From a virus (Duplodnaviria > Heunggongvirae > Uroviricota > Caudoviricetes), in IMG/VR virus record IMGVR_UViG_2802429248_000004, positions 1 to 9,623 of that record: a DNA stretch of 9,623 bases; one strand, written 5' to 3'. The translations under genes were made by a program, and so were the position numbers. A model generated the notes under the pieces. It worked only from the letters and a program-made list of their open reading frames with translations. It did not search any database and had not been told where the DNA came from. This document shows positions 5,694-9,623 of the stretch, piece by piece; the first letter of the stretch is position 1, and each line of letters begins with the position of its first letter.

Positions 5694-8487
5694 TATCCGG
5701 GTCGCTTTCAGCGCCGTTGACAGGCTGACCCGGCCTGCCGAAAACGCCCGCCGCCTGATGGGGCAGTTTGGTGACTCTATCCAGCGAACGCAGGGGGCGA
5801 TCAAAAATCTCGAGCGTCAGGCGCGTTCATTTGAGCGCGCCCGTGACGCTGTCAGTAAAGCGGATGCGGGCATCGTAAAAGCACGACGCCAGCTTAACGC
5901 CCTTAATCAGTTACAACGCACGGGTACAGTGCTCAGCGAAAAACAGCAAAAGCTGATGCAGCAGTTAAGCACCCGGCTTGAACGCCTGAATGAATCGCGC
6001 ACACGGGAAATTCAGAAAATGCGGGAGCTTGGCGGAGAGCTGAAACGCCACGGCATTTCCCTGACAGGCAGCGATAACACCATCCAGCAGACCATCAGAC
6101 GCACCGAACAGTACAACAACCAGCTTGAACGCGAACGGCAGGCGCTTGCGCGTGTAACGCGGGCGCGTGAGCGGTATTCGCGCGCGCAGGAAATTGCGGG
6201 AAAACTGAAAACAGGTGGTGCGCTGGCAATTGGTGCGGCAGCGGCTGGCGGTTATGCCGCCGGGCGTTTTTTGCAGCCTGCGATCGGGTTCGGGAAAGAG
6301 ATGTCCCGCGTTCAGGCGCTGACGCGAATCGACAAAAACAGCCCGCAGTTTAAGGCGCTGCGTGAGCAGGCGTTAAAACTTGGCTCTGAAACGCAGTTCA
6401 CCGCAGGCGATGCCGCCAGTGGACAGGCATTTCTTGCAATGGCTGGCTTCACTCCGCAGGCCATTCAGGCTGCGCTTCCCGGCGTACTGAGCATGGCAAC
6501 GGCTGGCGGTATGGATCTCGGCGAGACGGCAGATATTGGCTCAAATATCCTGACGCAGTTCGGCCTTTCTGCTGACCAGATGGACCGGGTCGGTGACACA
6601 CTCACCGCAGCGTTTACCCGTACCAACACTGACCTTCGCGCACTGGGCGAAACCATGAAATATGCAGGTCCGGTGGCGGGTAAGCTGGGAATATCGCTGG
6701 AGCAGGCCGCAGCGATGGCTGGCGTGCTGGCGAATATGGGCATCAGAGGGAGTGATGCCGGGACGGCAATGCGTGCCAGCCTGGCTCGTCTGGCATCACC
6801 GCCAAAGGCAGCGGCAGAAGCGCTGAAAGAGCTGGGCGTGTCCGTCTCGGATGCCGGGGGCAAAATGCGCCCGATGGAAGATCTGCTGGCTGACCTTTAT
6901 AAAGCTACCCGCAAATACGGGGAAGTTGACCGGGTATCCTTCTTTAAGGACATCGCCGGGGAAGAGGCTTTCACATCGTTTATGGCACTCGTTGATGCGG
7001 CGGGTGACGGTTCCTTACCCAAACTGAGAAAAGAACTTGAGGGCGCACGCGGTGAGGCTGAACGCACGGCAAAGGTTATGGCCGACAACCTTGATGGCGA
7101 CCTGAAAAATCTCGACAGCGCATGGGAAGGTCTTCGTATTCGCATCAGTGATCTGGTTGACGGTTCGCTGCGTTCTGTCACGCAGTGGCTAACGCGGGTG
7201 GTCTCAAAAGTGACGGCACTGGCGCAGGCCCATCCTGTACTGACGCGCCAGCTACTGATTGCAGGCGGTGCGCTGCTGGCAGTGACTGCAACCGTAGGCT
7301 CGTTGTCGCTTGCTCTTGGTGTGCTTGCTGGCCCACTGGCAAAACTGCGTCTTGGTTTTTCCCTCCTGACCGGATCAATGAATGCTGTCAGGCTCCTGCC
7401 TGCACTATGGGGAATGGTGACGGGTTCCGTTTCGTTACTGGGGGGCGCTATCGGGGCGCTGTTCAGCCCGGTCGGATTGATTGCTGCTGCGTTTGTGGCT
7501 GCGGCAGTTCTCATCTGGAAATACTGGGAACCCATCAAGGCGTTTTATGCCGGGGTGTTCAGTGGGATTATGGAACGGCTGGCTCCGTTGCGCGAAACCT
7601 TTGAACGGTTCGGTCCTGTTTTTGATGTCGTGCGCGATGGGATTATTCAGGTCTTTAACTGGTTTAAATCGCTGCTGTCACCGATGGAGTCCAGCAAGGA
7701 AACGCTGGATAAATGTACCAGTGCTGGCGAGATATTCGGTAACGTTCTTGGTGGCGCGCTACAGCTTGTTCTGACGCCTGCAAAAATGTTGCTGGATACG
7801 CTGGCGTGGATACTTGAAAAACTTGGCGTCCTTCCGGATGAAGCGGAAAGGGCGCGCAAGAAAATCGAAGACGCGCAGCGTGCGGCCATTCTTCAGGATA
7901 AGGTCGCTCTGTTTCAGGGAGACATTGCGAAAATCAATCCGCCGAAGCCTGTGGAAAATGGCAATGGCACCGGAGGTGATAACCCCAAAGACAACAAACC
8001 GCTCACAGACAGCAATACCGGTACGCTACGCAGACTAAGCAAAATTGCTGATAACACAGGCAAGCTGGTTGATGAGACGAAAAAACGCATTGGCCCCGGT
8101 GATATTGTCTTTAAGAACCTGCCCCGCGCACTTGCCGTTCGTGGGGAGTGGCAGGATCGGAAGATTGCGCAGGCCAGTAAGCCTGCTCCCGCAATTAATA
8201 TCACCCCCGTGGTTCCGGCTCCGCTGCCTCCGGCGCTGGTCCCTGTTGTTGCGGCCAGCTCCCGCCCGGTGGCGGAGGCCATACGATCGCCAGTGGCATC
8301 AGTTCCTGCAACTTCCCGTAACCGGGAGCCTGTTACCTCCGGATTTGGTGGTGAAATTCATGTCCATCTGCATAACGTTGTTACGCAGAATCCCCGCGAA
8401 CTGGCGAAACTGGTCGGTGAAATGGTCAGGGCAGAATTGGAACGACGCGACCGTGCCGGACGTGGCAGTTTTTACGATAAAGATTGA
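5680..8487 (+). CDS. T: tail tape measure protein (P2 gpT family)
   Basis: ~935-aa ORF directly after E/E'; coiled-coil-like N-terminal third, a central block of hydrophobic/Gly-Ala-rich segments, and a Pro/Ala-rich C-terminus, typical of tape measure proteins. Start uncertain: ATG 5680 (preferred, GGGA about 9 nt upstream), ATG 5671 or GTG 5644 in the same frame. Confidence 0.9.
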   Translation: MKTLDIRVAFSAVDRLTRPAENARRLMGQFGDSIQRTQGAIKNLERQARSFERARDAVSKADAGIVKARRQLNALNQLQRTGTVLSEKQQKLMQQLSTRLERLNESRTREIQKMRELGGELKRHGISLTGSDNTIQQTIRRTEQYNNQLERERQALARVTRARERYSRAQEIAGKLKTGGALAIGAAAAGGYAAGRFLQPAIGFGKEMSRVQALTRIDKNSPQFKALREQALKLGSETQFTAGDAASGQAFLAMAGFTPQAIQAALPGVLSMATAGGMDLGETADIGSNILTQFGLSADQMDRVGDTLTAAFTRTNTDLRALGETMKYAGPVAGKLGISLEQAAAMAGVLANMGIRGSDAGTAMRASLARLASPPKAAAEALKELGVSVSDAGGKMRPMEDLLADLYKATRKYGEVDRVSFFKDIAGEEAFTSFMALVDAAGDGSLPKLRKELEGARGEAERTAKVMADNLDGDLKNLDSAWEGLRIRISDLVDGSLRSVTQWLTRVVSKVTALAQAHPVLTRQLLIAGGALLAVTATVGSLSLALGVLAGPLAKLRLGFSLLTGSMNAVRLLPALWGMVTGSVSLLGGAIGALFSPVGLIAAAFVAAAVLIWKYWEPIKAFYAGVFSGIMERLAPLRETFERFGPVFDVVRDGIIQVFNWFKSLLSPMESSKETLDKCTSAGEIFGNVLGGALQLVLTPAKMLLDTLAWILEKLGVLPDEAERARKKIEDAQRAAILQDKVALFQGDIAKINPPKPVENGNGTGGDNPKDNKPLTDSNTGTLRRLSKIADNTGKLVDETKKRIGPGDIVFKNLPRALAVRGEWQDRKIAQASKPAPAINITPVVPAPLPPALVPVVAASSRPVAEAIRSPVASVPATSRNREPVTSGFGGEIHVHLHNVVTQNPRELAKLVGEMVRAELERRDRAGRGSFYDKD

Positions 8488-8499
8488 GGAGTCATGGCC

Positions 8500-8988
8500 A
8501 TGATGATGATCTACGGCATGTTTGTTTTTGAGCTGCGCACATTGCCGCATCAGCAGTTACAGCAAAATAAAAGCTGGCGACATGTGAAAAATGAACGCGT
8601 TAACCGTTCAGCAAGCTGGCAGTATATCGGGGCTGGCGATGATCGTATTGTTCTTTCTGGTGTGCTTTATCCTGAAATTACAGGTGGCGAAGTGTCGCTG
8701 TCTCTGCTGGCCACGCAGGCGTATACCGGACGCCCCTGGCCTCTGATTGATGGCGTCGGGCAGATTTACGGCATGTATGTCCTGACCGAAACGAATACGA
8801 CCCGTTCCGAGTTTGATCGCTACGGTAAGGCGAAAAAGATAGAATTTTCACTGACCCTTGAACGCTGTGATGAGGATTTGCGGGAGCGCCTGCAATCCTC
8901 ATCGTTCAGCGATATGCTGTCCGGCTTCAAAGATAAGGTCACATCATCCCTTAACAGCGCGGCCAGCTCCGTTAAAGGGTTGTTTTGA
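8500..8988 (+). CDS. U: tail protein gpU (P2 U family, tail terminator/tube-completion)
   Basis: Similarity to P2 gpU (MMM..G.FVF.L.T.P.Q.LQ...W.H, ITLSG.LYPE.TGG, IYGM.V). GAGGAG SD at 8486-8491 fits the ATG at 8500 (the MMM start, as in P2 U) better than the track start at 8494. Confidence 0.9.
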   Translation: MMMIYGMFVFELRTLPHQQLQQNKSWRHVKNERVNRSASWQYIGAGDDRIVLSGVLYPEITGGEVSLSLLATQAYTGRPWPLIDGVGQIYGMYVLTETNTTRSEFDRYGKAKKIEFSLTLERCDEDLRERLQSSSFSDMLSGFKDKVTSSLNSAASSVKGLF

Positions 8989-8995
8989 CTTAATG

Positions 8996-9027
8996 CAAAA
9001 CCGCTAATAAACATATTGGCGGTTTTG
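8996..9027. terminator. bidirectional rho-independent terminator-like hairpin between convergent gpU and tfa
   Basis: 14-bp stem CAAAACCGCTAATA / TATTGGCGGTTTTG with one G-U position and a 4-nt loop AACA; A-tract on one side and T-tract on the other; lies in the 59-bp gap between the U stop (8988) and the tfa stop (9048). Confidence 0.45.
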
Positions 9028-9047
9028 TTCCTTAAATCATCTTGCCT

Positions 9048-9623
9048 TTACACTAATTCTGGCCATTCGATATCAGGGGCATTTTCCGGCTGAACGCGAT
9101 TCAGTAGCACACGGTATTTTTTCCAGTGTGTCAGGCTTAACTTTTCTTCCTCGGTAGCCATATCTAAATCGACAGCATCCTGCAGCATGGCAATGATTTC
9201 ACCTGCATATGCAATCTGCTCTTTCTTCTGAGACTCAGCCGCTCTGACAAGTGCATCACGCTCTGCATTCTCATCATTCACCCACGCATTGCCGTTCCAT
9301 TTCTGATAATCCCCCTCCGGGGAAATGGCTGTCACGTCTGGAGGTAATGCGCCAAGTTCAGAGATATAAATGGCTGCTCCCGTTTTCGTTTCATAGACGG
9401 TCTTTCCGCGATGGTCTTCCATCAGTTCCCATTTCATTTCATCTGCATTGAAAACGGCTGCATAACCCGCCGGAATATCAGGCGGTGCAATATCTGTACT
9501 GTTTGCAGGCAGACCTGTATGCGGCGGAATATATGCGTCACTTTCACCAATAAATTCATTGGTTCCATCAAGTAAATTGAAAACGCGGATCGTTTGTGCT
9601 TCTGCACTCATTCTGAAAGCCAT
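9048..9623 (-). CDS. tfa: tail fibre assembly protein (Tfa; TfaE-like N-terminus with a P2 gpG-like C-terminus)
   Basis: 191 aa; N-terminus [53 protein letters not shown] closely matches E. coli TfaE-type proteins as I recall them; C-terminus ([18 protein letters not shown]...PDIEWPE) resembles P2 gpG. The start codon is the last three bases of the window, so the upstream region and the tail fibre gene itself are out of view. Confidence 0.9.
   Translation of the reverse strand: MAFRMSAEAQTIRVFNLLDGTNEFIGESDAYIPPHTGLPANSTDIAPPDIPAGYAAVFNADEMKWELMEDHRGKTVYETKTGAAIYISELGALPPDVTAISPEGDYQKWNGNAWVNDENAERDALVRAAESQKKEQIAYAGEIIAMLQDAVDLDMATEEEKLSLTHWKKYRVLLNRVQPENAPDIEWPELV

Larger units (their letters stand above)
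332..9623. mobile_element. P2-like (Peduovirus-type) prophage, late/tail region with an embedded cargo gene; extends beyond the right edge, left boundary not resolved
   Basis: Contiguous set of P2-family genes (ogr, D, FI, FII, E/E', T, U, tfa). The position of ogr at the end is consistent with P2 prophage structure, where ogr is the last gene before the attachment site. No att repeat could be identified from one end alone. Confidence 0.8.

Noticed and set aside
6465-7604. Several antisense and alternative-frame ORFs inside the tape measure gene (for example 6465-6863, 6897-7538, 7178-7378 on the minus strand and 7185-7604 on the plus strand)
   Set aside because: They lie entirely within a well-supported long coding region, lack plausible ribosome-binding sites and have Ala/Ser/Arg/Pro-rich low-complexity translations typical of off-frame reading of GC-rich coding DNA.
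8996-9027. Inverted repeat AAAACCGC...GCGGTTTT considered as a Hin/Gin-type invertase crossover site that could explain the block inversion
   Set aside because: Invertase sites are about 26 bp with a 2-bp central spacer between half-sites; here the arms are separated by a 4-nt loop within a 14-bp stem, and no matching repeat exists at the other junction (3246-3402). A terminator hairpin is the better reading.
1-9623. CRISPR arrays, IS elements or integrase genes
   Set aside because: No direct-repeat/spacer periodicity, no terminal inverted repeats bracketing a transposase-like ORF, and no integrase-like ORF in the window; the P2 integrase is expected at the opposite prophage end.

Overview
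The window is the tail/late-gene end of a P2-like (Peduovirus-type) prophage in an enterobacterial-looking background (flanking genes clearly GC-richer than the cargo gene, judged by eye). Reading left to right: a Hok/Gef-family type I toxin gene at the left edge (minus); ogr (minus); a strongly AT-rich single-gene insertion encoding a ~412-451 aa protein with a C-terminal PD-(D/E)xK nuclease signature that I read as Shedu/DUF4263-like (plus); gpD (minus); then tail sheath FI, tail tube FII, gpE with a probable -1 frameshift extension E', tape measure T and gpU (all plus); and a TfaE-like tail fibre assembly gene (minus) ending at the right edge. The main candidate for something new is the AT-rich cargo gene between D and ogr, a likely anti-phage defence nuclease with an unrecognisable N-terminal half. 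Two further points deserve a second look: the FI-U block is inverted relative to D/ogr and tfa compared with canonical P2 synteny, and the hok/mok-like locus abuts the prophage end. No tRNA, rRNA, CRISPR array or IS element was seen. All protein assignments rest on my reading of the translated ORFs and remembered family sequences; no database search was run.
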